A stretch of DNA of 64,000 bases, from the NCBI RefSeq assembly GCF_963921235.1, contig NC_086108.1, forward strand, positions 34,102,001 through 34,166,000, given 5' to 3'. Every line of letters starts with the position of its first letter. The first letter of the stretch is position 1. The notes beneath the pieces were generated by a model. The model was not told the DNA's origin and made no database searches. It saw nothing but the letters and a program-made list of their open reading frames with translations. The translations under genes were made by a program, and so were the position numbers. Below, in pieces: positions 51,641-63,294 of this stretch. The stretch comes from Mobula hypostoma (taxonomy: Eukaryota).

Positions 51641-53329
51641 CCACATTGTCTCTTGCCAATGACAAATTTCACTGTACATGTGATAAATAAATCTGGAGTT
51701 TGCAACGGTAAGAAAAAGGCACGTTTTGCATCACAAGTTGTCATGTGCACCTACTTACTGGCAGGGTCACCAATGTAACTGCCTCGAGGTTTGAAAGACA
51801 AGAGGGAACAGAATAAAGCAATGCTAAGTTGTGGCACAGTTCCCTGAAGCGCAAAGCTACTGCAATGTGATCTTTCATTCACATGCTCTTCAGACTCGTA
51901 TGTTTTGAATGAATGAAGATGCTCTTCAATTGAATGACGGGGAATTAGTGGGAAAGTGCACCAGCCTCTGATACTCATTTTTACTCCAGCAAGCTCCCTG
52001 AAAAATTGTCCAAACGTGAGTAAAACATTTGTTGACACAGAATCACTAGTAAGGGTCCCTGGCAATGACCATACTTCTGGGTGAATCTTTGGGAATCAAA
52101 GCACGCCATCTGTGAGTGACAGAGAAACTCCGGAAGGTCGTGAATCTGGGTGCAAAGTAACATCCACCATATGGCCCTAGATGACCGGGGACAGCTGACA
52201 ACACAAATAAGCATCCTGCTTCCAGGACGGCTGAGCTGACTGCCTACACGTACTTCCAGCGGGAGCATGGGAAGGTTTCCCAGTGGCACTGGGGCTCCAT
52301 GGTGACTGAGTCTGCAACAAGCCAGATTAAGCACTGTGTCCCATCTCCTGCAATTCCTCAGGGAAGGGAGCCACTGGCATTACTTCACTTGAAGCCACAG
52401 CTGCAATTTATCATCATTACAGTATGGAACATCAAGGAATTTAAAGGACCTTCGTGAGATTTGTTTAACAAATCTTTTTTGTTATTGGTGAAGAAAAGCC
52501 CATCACTGTTAATATCACATGTTTATGGTGGCACAATGCAATTTTCACCCTTTTCTAACAAATTTTAAAAGTTTTAAGTAGCTTTTTTTTGGAAGGTAGA
52601 GATCTTTTAAGTTCTGCCAGAGGCTTACTGCATGGATATACCTTAAAGTACCAACAAGGACAGCACAAGGAGGTCCAAAATGGCTCAGGGCCGTCATCAA
52701 ATCTTGGCTCTCCCAATTAAAATGCAGGGATACAAAAAACGTTATTCACGACCACTCGCAAAATAGGTGCATGTGGAAAATAGCCAATCACTGTCTAGGG
52801 ATTGATGAGAACACCTTAAGATGAGAACCTATAAAATAAACCTGCTTTCGGGCAACAAATGTCACCTGAGAATATACAGTATGTGTCCTTGGAAACAGAT
52901 GCCTTTATTTATATTCATTGCCTTCAGTTTATGAAGTACACAGAGAGAATCATTCATTCTGGAGATTAATTGTTATCAGGGAGATAGGGCCACTGCCAAA
53001 TGTAGTAATAACAGAAGTAAACATATTTGTACAATGATAAATGAACAACAGGGTTCTCTGTCTTGAGTTTCATTGGCTCGAGGCAGACTTTGTTGTTCAT
53101 CTTCATGAGTTATAAAAATTGACCTCATTTATCAACTGCCTATTTTATAAGATTTAAAATGTTTCTCAACGAAACAGCAGGAATATGATAGAAAATGCAG
53201 ATGTGTCTCGTGATCTTTGTCATGAACTTAGATGCACATTAGTTTCTCAAAAAGTCATTTTGATTCATTTTCCATAACTCTGGCAGAATTTTTATTCATG
53301 TCCCTCACCAACTGGGTCACTAACTAGGC

Positions 53330-54330
53330 TAGGTCCATTTGCCCTGGAGTGAAGTAGGTTAAGAGGGGAAAATGGAAGCATGTAAATGTATAAGGGGAAG
53401 GTAGGGAAGACTGCAGGAAGCTATTTCCCATGTCAGATGTACAGAGATAAATCTGGAAGGCAAAGGTTTAAGTAAAGGGGAAGATATTTAGGGAATCTGA
53501 AGGGGCCCTTTCTCACTCAGAGAGTGGTGACTATGTGGAATACACTGAGTAATGGAACACAATACTCAATTCAGAGGCGCAAAGGGACTTGGGAGAACCT
53601 AGTGCATGGTTTCCTAACGTTAACTTGCAAGCTAAGATGGTAGCAAGGAATGCAATGCCGCCATTCATTTCAAGAGGATTAGAATATAAACACAAGGATG
53701 CAATACTGAAGCTCTGTAAGGTGTTGATATTGAGAACAGTTTGGGTCCTATATCTAAGGAAGGATGTTCTGACATTGGAGAGTGTCCAGAGGAGGTTTAC
53801 AAGATTGACTCTGAAATGAACGGGATAATGTATGAGGAACTCTGGCCCCCTGTACTCACAGAAGTTTAGAAGAATGGTGGAGGGGGTGGGTCGTGGTTGA
53901 TATGATTGAAACCGACCGAATATTGAAAGGCCTAGATAGCATGGATATGGACATGGAGAGGATGTATTCTGTAGAGGAGGATTCTGGGACCAGAGGCCAC
54001 AGCTTCACAATAGAAGGATGTTCCTTTAGAACAGAAATGAGAAGGAATTTCTTTAGCTAGAGGTTGGTGAATCTGTGGATCTAATTGCCACAGATAGCAA
54101 TGGAGGCCAGACTCAATGGTCTCAATGGCCTAATTCTGCTCCTGTGTCTTATGGGCTACTTGAGAGAGTGGTGGAAGCAAAGTTGCTGGCAGCATTTAAG
54201 AAGTATCTGGAGGAAGATCGAATTGTCTATGCCTTGAAGACTACAAACTAAGTCTATGAAAATGGTATTAACATGGATGCCTGCCCCCTATTTGGTAGGA
54301 CTATGATAGCCTGTTCCCATTCTGTATGAA
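53330..54330 (+). mobile_element. Nested degenerate CR1 3' fragments
   Basis: ORF 53589-53819 (FISRGLEYK..YLRKDVLTLESVQRRFTR) and CR1 3' UTR-like sequence. Confidence 0.75.
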
Positions 54331-54499
54331 TCTATGACTACCTTCATATTTATCTCATGAATCCCGGTGACATGCTTCCATAACCCCTGTAATTATCTTG
54401 ATACTCAAATAATATTCAGTAAGCCTCATAACATTACTCAATTAAGCCAGTGGGTGCCTCAATACCTTATTGTTGCCAAATCACAGCACCCTTCAAATC

Positions 54500-54990
54500 T
54501 GTCCAATAAAGATTTTGTGGCAGGACATTAAAGCATGCAGACATTGTCAAGAGGTTCTGTTGTTCAGACCAAACATCAGAATGGGGAACAAATGTGATCT
54601 AAGTGAGTTTGACTGTGTAATGATTGTTAGTGCCATAGAGGGTGACTCGACTATCTCAGAAAATGCCAATTTCCTGGGATTTTCATACTCAACTGCCTCT
54701 AGAGTTGACAGAGAAATGGTATGAAATACAGGAAAACATCCAATGCCCACCAGTTCTGTGGGTGAAAACGTCTTGTTACTGAGAGAGGTCAGAGGAGAAT
54801 GGCCAGACTGGTTCAAGCGGACAGGAAGGCAACAGTAACTCAAGCAACCACATGATACAACAGTGGTGTGCAAAAAACCATCTCTGAACACCCAACAGAT
54901 AGAACCTTGAGGCAGCAGAAGACCTTGAACATACACTCAGTGGCCACTTCATTAGCTACAGGGGTGCTTAATAAAGTGGCTACTGAATTT
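54500..54990 (+). mobile_element. Tc1/mariner transposase remnant (N-terminal HTH region) with a terminal mini-palindrome
   Basis: MGNKCDLSEFD..MIV...ISENANFLGFS..SRV.RE, then RGQRRMARLVQADRKATVTQ. TIR pair CACTCAGTGGCCACTTCATTAG / TTAATAAAGTGGCTACTGAAT at ~54934-54989, flanked by TA. Confidence 0.75.
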
Positions 54991-55639
54991 ATATCCCCAT
55001 CAGAAAACGGAACCATAAGAACTATGAACTATGTTCAACAAAGAAGATCAAGGAAAACATTCAATCACAAACTGAAGCATACAGATGTTAAAAGCTAGTG
55101 GTAGACCAGAGGGCTAAGAATTTTTCAGGAACCAGCAGCTAATGAATGGGGAAAAAAATGATCAGGGAAGTAAATGTGCAAGTTATATCAAAACATGCAC
55201 GTAAATATAAAAAGAAAGAGTGTAACCAAGGTATATGCAGAATAGCTAGTGGCTGAGAGTGGGGAATTTAAAAAGGGAAGTAAGGAAATAGTAACTAATA
55301 TTCTAATACTTTGCATAGGTACCCCTCATGAAGGAGAATGCCGCGAACACCTCAGAGATAGTAGTGAAAGTTAAGAATTAAACCAAAACTGCACTTGATA
55401 AATCTCTGAAATAAGAACAGAAATTGATGGAAACATACAGTGGGTCAGGCAGCATCTTTGGAGAGGGAAGAAGAATTAACAGTGCAGGCCGTGGGCCCAT
55501 TATCAGAGGCTTTACAGCCACTCTTATGAAGGAGGTTTCCCATCTGAAACTTCATCTCTGCTTCGCTTTCCGCAGATGCTGCCTGAGCTGCGGAGGGTTT
55601 TCAGCATTTTCTGGATCACAGATGGATGAGTTTTCAATA

Positions 55640-55860
55640 TGGGGCAGCACAGGTGTTGGCATAATACCGTTACAGTGCCAGTGACCCAGGTTCAATGTCA
55701 CGCACTCTATACGGAGTGGGTACATTCTCCTTGTGACTGTGTGGATTTCCTCCCACATTCGGAAGATGTACAGATGTAAGTTAATTGGACACCTGGGAGT
55801 AATTGAGTAATTGGGAAGGGCTTGTAGAGCTGGAAGTGCCTGTTACCATGCCATATCTCT
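55640..55860 (+). mobile_element. V-SINE-like element
   Basis: GGGGCAGCAC..GTTACAGTGCCAGTGACCCAGGTTCAAT head, then ACATTCTCCTTGTGACTGTGTGGATTTCCTCCCACA core. Confidence 0.6.
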
Positions 55861-55869
55861 AAGACAGAG

Positions 55870-57140
55870 GAGGCAATAACTTATAACAATCCCTATCACA
55901 AGTGACAAAGTACTGGAAAATTAATGGCACTAATTTTCGACAAGTTTTCAGCACTTAATGTTCTGCAACCAAGTAGCTGCAGAGATAGCAAAGTTACTGG
56001 TTGAAGATTTTTATAACTCGTTGGCTTTCAGAAGGTTGTCTGTAGCTTGGAAAATTATGGAAGTGATCCCTTACTTCAGAAAGGAACGAAACAAAAAGCA
56101 GAAAACTATAGGCCACTTAGCATAACATCTGTTATTGTAAAGATGCTGAAGTCTATATTCAAGGAAGAAAGGGCTAATCATTTAAAACAATCAATATAAT
56201 TTTATGAAAAATATTGGGGAAAAAGTGTTAACATGGATGAGCACTTGCTATCACAGTGAAGCGAATGAGCGGGGATAAACCGACCTTTTTCAGACCAGAG
56301 ACCATAATTAGTAGGTTCAAAGCTTTGTCCTCAAATATTAACTATCTCTATTAGTAACGAAGGAAGGGACATGGTATAAACTACCAAGTTTACTGATGAC
56401 GGAAAAATAGGTTGGAGAATATATTTGGATATTGATTGAGTGACGGGAGCAAAAACTTGCTAAATGAAGTTTAATGCAGGAAGATATAGGGCTTATTGTT
56501 GACAGGAGAAATCAAAAGACACACTATTATCTAAATGGAACAAGATTCTAAAAGTCAGAAGTACAGAGGGTTTTAGGTATTCTTGTCAACGTTGCACAGA
56601 AGGATAGCAGGTGGGTGTACTGATTAGTTAGTCAAATAGCATATTAGACTTTATTGGTGGGAAAAAAAGTAGTGTTACAAATGTACAGGGTATTGTTGAG
56701 AATTATATATATATATATATATATATATACAGTTTTAATTCAATTATTTAAGAAAGAACATTCTAGCATTGTGGGGAGTCCAGAAAAAATTCACTGGGCT
56801 ATTTCCTCGAATGTGAGGGCTGTCCCGTCACGAAAGGGTATAACACCTGGTGCTGTGGAGCTTGGAGGAATGAGAGGTGACCTTATTAAAACATCTTATC
56901 CCCTAAGGGTGCCTGGTAGTAGAAATGTCAAGATCTGTCCATATTTCTGAAGTTCTCTGCTCTTTAGTCTGTGGAGGCCAGGTTACTGCAGGTATATGAA
57001 GAGAATGTATATAAATTTAGAAAGATTTGGGCATTGTGGGCAATGGGGATCTAACAACAAAGAGGATGAAAGATTTGGGGCAGAGAGGCACGATCGTGTT
57101 GAATAGTAGAGCCGGATTGAGGATTCGGGTAGCATTCCCA
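55870..57140 (+). mobile_element. Highly degenerate CR1 ORF2 remnants
   Basis: AACTATAGGCCACTTAGC (NYRP.S), AAGTTTACTGATGAC (KF.DD) and GAATGAGAGGTGACCTTATT motifs; (TA)n at ~56706-56729. Confidence 0.65.
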
Positions 57141-57349
57141 TGTTGTATACATCTTTGTGTGTCCAAGTCATCTTAAAATGTACCAGCTGTCATTCTGAAC
57201 TATATGAATGCTTTAGATATCTGCACATTCAAGATCCTTGTTGCAGTAACTCCCATTTGTAACAATACGGAATGTATCACTAGATTTTGCTATCAGATAA
57301 TATAAAGTACATGTTACCAGGTGACATATTTTTTAAAGTTACCACTTAC

Positions 57350-57411
57350 TTTTGTGAGTTATCAGGCTTTGCAAAGATTCACTCCATTCTTTGACCTCAT
57401 CCCAACTGAGT
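57350..57411 (-). CDS. RGS4: RGS4-like exon 3 (62 nt)
   Basis: tttttgcatag|A CTC AGT TGG GAT GAG GTC AAA GAA TGG AGT GAA TCT TTG...CAC AAA A|gtaagt. Not in the ORF track. Confidence 0.92.
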
Positions 57412-59124
57412 CTATGCAAAAACACAGAAATAGACAATTAGAGACAAAATCCTTTCACACCTTGGAAATACACAAAGATTATGTGCAATAAATTATTGCA
57501 GGTGATAAGGTACTGTAAACAAAATGTAAATCCTGCATCAATATAACATATTAAAACACCTCATTAACAGGGCTCTTTGAGAATTAACATTTACTTATTG
57601 CTCAGACCAGTGTCAGAGTGAATGTCACTTCATATACAGTAGATCCCTATCCTAGTGTTACATTATCAAATAATCAGTGAGATTCAGAAACACAGAACTG
57701 GAAATAATTTTACCATGTAGACATTGGCAATGACATCTAGTTTTCATGTGATGATCTGTCAAGTACCCCAGACTTGCAATGGGAATCAGTGCACAAATCA
57801 ATGGTCAGTAAAGCTTGTGATTAAATACCAAATAGGTCCATGTTGTTAGAAGGTGACAGTTGCTCAGGCTGAGGCTAGATTTTGCCCCAGTGTTTTATCA
57901 TTGACTGATTGTCCCTGGTTGAGAATTGCGCAGAATAGAGTGATAATAAGAAAAACCAATTTAAAAGTAATGGTGGAAGGCATGCAGGTTTCTGCCCACT
58001 GTTTAAATTCCATGCCCTGTCCATCCAAATGCTGTTCTGTTGTAAAAAGAATTGGCAAAACATTAAGTTGGAAGCAATTCTTGTATTCACAGAAAATAAT
58101 TAGAAACACTCAGGAAGTCAGGCACCATTTGCAGAAAGAAAAACAAATCTTTGACCCAAACCATAAATTTTGTTTTTTTTCATAAATGCTGGTTGACCTG
58201 CTGTGTGTTTCTTTTGTTGTTTCAACTAGTCATTAGCATCCAGCAACAGAGCTACACTTAAAAAGTAATTCAGTAGTCAAGTGCTTCAAGATATTTTATG
58301 GCTTTGAAATGTGCCATAAAAATGCCAGCCATTCATTCTTCTGAAACCTGTTTTTTTTTGCATTACTTATTTTAACTTAACTATTTAATAGACAGATATA
58401 AACTTACCATAATTCAGTTCTCCCTAAATTTATTTACCATGTATTTCATTGTACTGCTATCGTAAAATTAGCAAATTTCACGATATTTGCCAGTGATATT
58501 AAACCTGATTCTGATTCTGAATAGAGCAAGAGCAGGCGACAGGTTGCCCAGGACAAACTTTTCTTTCATTTGGTTAAAAGAACAGTAAGCAACGTAACTT
58601 CAGGCCCAATACAATGAGTTTGTGTTCCAGTGAGCTCAGAAACTTTTGTCATCTTCTTAGATGGGAGGAGCGGAACAGAATAAAATCTGCACACCCTCCC
58701 ACAAAACTCACTCTCAGATCACTCATTTTCCCTTTTTTTTCTTATTTACTTTTGCTCTACATAAGTAAACTAAATCTGCTTTGTCTTCGAATGTAAACCT
58801 TTCCTGCCTCCGTTGATTTGTGAATTACAAGGGTTTCTAACTGAGGTGAGATGCAGCTGAACTTGAGAGTTGGTTAAACGATATCAGAGGATGGCATCAA
58901 GATGGAAGCATTAGTGAGCCCAAATGCTTTGCTTATCTTCAGACACCTGAAAACCAATGGGAACTTGCAATACCTACTTAATAACTGGGAAATGAGCCAT
59001 TAGCAAACACATACACATGGGCTAACTTCATTCTCACCACAGCTATAGTATGTACCTCCTGACGAGGAACAGTGCAAAGCAGAACATTGCAGGTTGTCCA
59101 AAAGGGTTTCAAGGGGAAATTTAC

Positions 59125-59232
59125 CTGTGAGCTACACCTGCCTTCTCCTTCTTGATGGGCACTGAGCCATGATCTGCCGATGCATCTGGCTTTGACAACA
59201 GGAAGCCAAGGCGATGTTTCATATCCTTTGCA
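59125..59232 (-). CDS. RGS4: RGS4-like exon 2 (108 nt)
   Basis: ttcctcacag|T GCA AAG GAT ATG AAA CAT CGC CTT GGC TTC CTG TTG...CAC AG|gtaaat. Confidence 0.95.
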
Positions 59233-60147
59233 CTGTGAGGAATCAACACAAACGTGATTAAGGAACGGAACAAATGCTATTTTCAAAGCAATAGCTATAG
59301 CTCCAAAACCTTACTACAGTGAAATATTACCCAAGGTTGTGACAAAACTATATTGACTGATTGTTTACGCCTAGCATAGGTGCAAATGCTGACAATAACA
59401 AATAGAATAACTACCATTTTATTTAAACAGTAGCTCTTTAGCAAAATAGTCCACCATGAGATAAATATTGTATATAGTTTGCAGCTTCTTTTTGGACAGT
59501 GGCATTCCTGTATCAGGTGGAAATAGCTCTAAGTACTGGAACAAAAATAAATGATCAAGGGAGAGACTGATTTGCCATAGTCCTGCTATTGACAAGTCAG
59601 GACTAAGACACAAGAATAGCAAACAATTTGGTGCTAATCATTGCTTTTATATCACTGAATTTATTCAGTTATTTCAATCCTTCTGAAGAGCATTCGTTTA
59701 AGAAATTAAGCCTGTCATTGTGGGAAAGGATCAATAAGTGTGTAGATCACTGCTGTTTAAGATACCCTGAGGAAACACAGCAACAGCATATGTCATTAGG
59801 AAAGGGAGAAAGGCTTTTTCACTTCGAATTCTCTTTCTGAATTCAAATTTTTACGGAGAACTGAAGGAAGCTGAGAACCAACTACATCTCAATGTTGTTC
59901 AAATCCATTCAGCTTTTGTGTCTGTCTCGCACAACAAAAAATCAGCACACCATCCAATAATTCACATTTAAATACCACAAAGACTTCCATTCCTTTTCAT
60001 TAAGACCTGATCACCAGATCGTCTACTCTAAAAAATACATGAACATTTTACTCCTGCAAACTGTATTGTATTAAACAAAACTTGAAGTGAACATTTCTAG
60101 AGATATATGCAAAAATAAATTAGAACCCCATATATTTAAAGACCTAC

Positions 60148-60191
60148 CTTTTGAGACAAGTCGCAGGCAGGGCAGCTAGTCCTTTACACAT
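60148..60191 (-). CDS. RGS4: RGS4-like exon 1, coding part (44 nt)
   Basis: tcaac ATG TGT AAA GGA CTA GCT GCC CTG CCT GCG ACT TGT CTC AAA AG|gtaggt = [14 protein letters not shown](S). Confidence 0.95.
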
Positions 60192-60283
60192 GTTGATAGC
60201 AAGCAGTCTCTGTTGACTAGAATCAGTTCACTTTGACTTAGTAATGCTAAGGCTTCTGATCCAGCTCTCTGCAGAGACAAGCC

Positions 60284-60328
60284 TTTTATATGCTGTGTTT
60301 GATGTACAGGGTCCAAGAACTCACCAAT
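60284..60328 (-). promoter_or_regulatory. RGS4 core promoter: TATA box and inverted CCAAT box
   Basis: Minus-strand TATAAAA at 60290-60284, 93 nt upstream of the ATG; CCAAT at 60324-60328. Confidence 0.7.
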
Positions 60329-60716
60329 GGCAGTTCCTGCAGTAAACCGGTAGTGATGACGATCGACTGCCAAAATCAACAGTCAGACCCACACAATGCC
60401 TTAAGCAGCCATAATTTGTTTTTTTCTTACCAGAAATTACAAACCTACATTGTGAATCAAACACTGTGTTAATATCTGGGTATTCCCCTGCATTGATTTG
60501 CATATTTCCAGGCTCTGAAGTTCAAACAACATGGAAATAAAAAGTAAATTGCTATTAGCTGTGTCTTTTCCTTATTTATCACACCAAGCATTTCCTTTCA
60601 GGGATCTGATTCAGTAACTAAAACATTTCTGAATGTCATCTCTGTTAATCTATTTCCTATGTAACAAGCTATCCAATACCATACAGGAGCAAAGACTTTT
60701 GTAGAAGATATTTTTA

Positions 60717-61271
60717 GTAATAGTCATACTTTATTGATCCCGGGGGAAATTGGTTTTCGTTACAGTTGCACCATAAATAATTAAATAGTAATAAAACCAT
60801 AAATAGTTCAATAGTAATATGTAAATTATGCCAGGAAATAAGTCCAGGACCAGCCTATTGGCTCAGGGTGTCTGACCCTCCAAGGGAGGGGTTGTAAAGT
60901 TTGATGGCCACAGGCAGGAATGACTTCCTATGACGCTCAGTGTTGGCATCTCGGTGGAATGAGACTCTGGCTGAATGTACTCCTGTGCCCGACCAGTACA
61001 TTATGTAGTGGATGGGAGACATTGTCCAAGATGGCATGCAACTTGGACAGCATCCTTTTTTCAGACACCACCGTCAGAGAGTCCAGTTCCATCCCCACAA
61101 CATCACTGGCCATACGAATGAGTTTGTTGACTCTGTTGGTGTCTGCTACCCTCAGCCTGCTGCCCCAGCACACAACAGCAAACATGATCGTACTGGCCAT
61201 CACAGACTCGTAGAACATCCTCAGCATCGTCCAGCAGATGTTAAAGGACCTCAGTCTCCTCAGGAAATAGG
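60717..61271 (-). mobile_element. Rex1-type LINE 3' fragment with a 10-bp TSD
   Basis: ORF 60937-61227 (FYESVMAS.IMFAVVCWG..SHPLH) and ERHRKSFLPVAIKLYN; minus-strand AATAAAGTA tail; TSD GATATTTTTA at 60707-60716 and 61272-61281. Confidence 0.9.
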
Positions 61272-61389
61272 GATATTTTTATATTTTATGTTATATTATG
61301 TGGTGTACACAGATCATTTAGAGCACAAGGCAATTCATTTTGGCAAATGATGTGTTTGAATGAGATAAAGCACATTTCACATTTCTCTC

Positions 61390-62182
61390 AACCATCGGTC
61401 AATCGGGGCAGCTGCTTAATTTGGACAACTCTTAAAGAAACAAAACTAATCAAGAAAATAGCTGGGATTCCCTCTGTTTATTTGGGACACTATGCCTCTT
61501 AATTGGGACAGGAAGCTGTTGCCAAACAATTTCAAACTAATGTCAGTTGCGTGTACTTGAGTGGTTGTTAGACACTACACCGTGCTTAGACTGAACAGTT
61601 TTTAAATGGCATCAGTTGCATGTATTTGTGTTCAAACAGCAGTGATTTTTGTCACTGATAGTTGGCGAGAAGTAAGCAGTAAGACAATTCGGAACTCTTT
61701 TGCTCACTGCGGTTTCAAGCATTCAGGCTTGGGATGCCAGAAATGGCTGTGAGTGAAAATGAAATGATTTCAGTACTTCAACAAGTTAGGCACTACAAAG
61801 AATTTGAAGGTATCAATACTCATCTTGAATGTTACAAGATAAGACTTGGAAGATGCAATCACTGAAAACTTTGTATTAAGGCAGTTCATTATCTGCAGTA
61901 GGTGTCTATGCTGATTTTGTTCATTTACAGTCGATTGAAAGAACGCGGCAGAAAAATTCCTCAGTTGATAAAACTATTAGGAAGCAATACTCAGTATTAT
62001 AGTACTGTGGTAATGTTCTAATTTGTTCTGTATTTTATTTAAATACATAATTTGTTACTCAGTTAAACAGTGGTTAGTCTTTTTTTATACCTTTTTAACT
62101 ATTTCCATGAAGCTCCAACTAATTGTGGCAGCTCCTTAATTGGGCCAAAACGTGTTGTCCCAATTAACTGGAATCCACTATA
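61390..62182. mobile_element. pogo/Tigger-like non-autonomous DNA transposon remnant
   Basis: Right end TGTCCCAATTAACTGGAATCCACTA-TA; internal TAATTGGGACA / TTTGGGACA sub-terminal motifs in the opposite orientation near 61400-61510. Confidence 0.55.
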
Positions 62183-63294
62183 CATTAAATTACTCACTAT
62201 ATTCTATTTATCTCTTTAAAACCTTTACTTACTCACTAACTCTTATAAATTTGGAGGTTACTGGAACTATGTCATTGGTCAGTTACCATCTAACTTAATG
62301 CCAGAAGAGATTTGGATCATGTTTGCAATGTTCAACTAAATACACAATGTATGAGAATCAGAATGGTTCATTCACTTTGCAAGCCGCATAGTCAGGCATG
62401 TGTTATTGCCGATATATTTCATTTGACTTGTTAGAGTCTGGAGGTGGGGAACCCAGGAACATCTACAATGAATGTGTAGCAATATGCCTAAAAGCTGAGC
62501 ATAACAGAAACTTCTGCCAGAACTAGTCTCACGTTAAAAGAGACCTAAATACAAAGCACTGTGTGCAAAAGTGTATCAGTAAAAAAGAATAAAGACTTTC
62601 AACTCATTCAATACTTTTCTTAATATGACGTTCAAAACAGGTTATAGTAAGGAAATACTACTGTGATATTGGTTAGTGATAATGGAGTTTCGTGCACAAG
62701 GTTTCATAAACAGTGAAGTGCTAGGAATTAGGAAATCTTTTAGTGATTGTATTTTAAACTTTGGGCAGGATACCCCTGCTTTTCACAAGATTTTAAAAAC
62801 AAGACAAGTAGGGGACATGCAACCTCTTGAACCTGCTCCACCATCCTATAAAACCATAGTAAATCAAATCTTTGGCCCTGAAGCTCACTTTCCTACCCAA
62901 ACTCCATAACTCATATACCAAAAACCTATCTATCTTAGACTTAAATATACCTACTGACTCTTAAGAATGGGTACAAATGCTCATTTAGTCCATCTAAAAG
63001 GACATAATCTAGGGTGTGTCAATGCTGGCATTTATACTCTGGTTTGTCAGCCTTTACAACGAAAGTCTCGTATATCTACTGACTCAGAGATTTCCATTTA
63101 GCCAAGGGAGGCACCTACAAAAATGTAGATGCTGAATAATAGCAACCTTAAACCTTGGAAATGGCTGATCTTCATCACAAGTTATCTAAGTGGAATCACA
63201 TTAGCCATGAAATGTCATAAGTCATTTAATGTCCTTCCAACTAATCACGTAAACTTATTACACAGGTAATAAAACATAGTCACTCCATGAATAC

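Larger units (their letters stand above)
49394..60191 (-). other. RGS4: RGS4-like gene, complete coding span, 5 exons, 205 aa
   Basis: 44+108+62+167+237 = 618 nt, all introns GT-AG and phases consistent. Product: [99 protein letters not shown]...[11 protein letters not shown]...[56 protein letters not shown] is the RGS4 signature. Confidence 0.92.

Noticed and set aside
60478..60488. GGGTATTCCCC as an NF-kB site in the RGS4 promoter
   Set aside because: It has a mismatch to GGGRNWYYCC on either strand and cannot be supported without conservation data.
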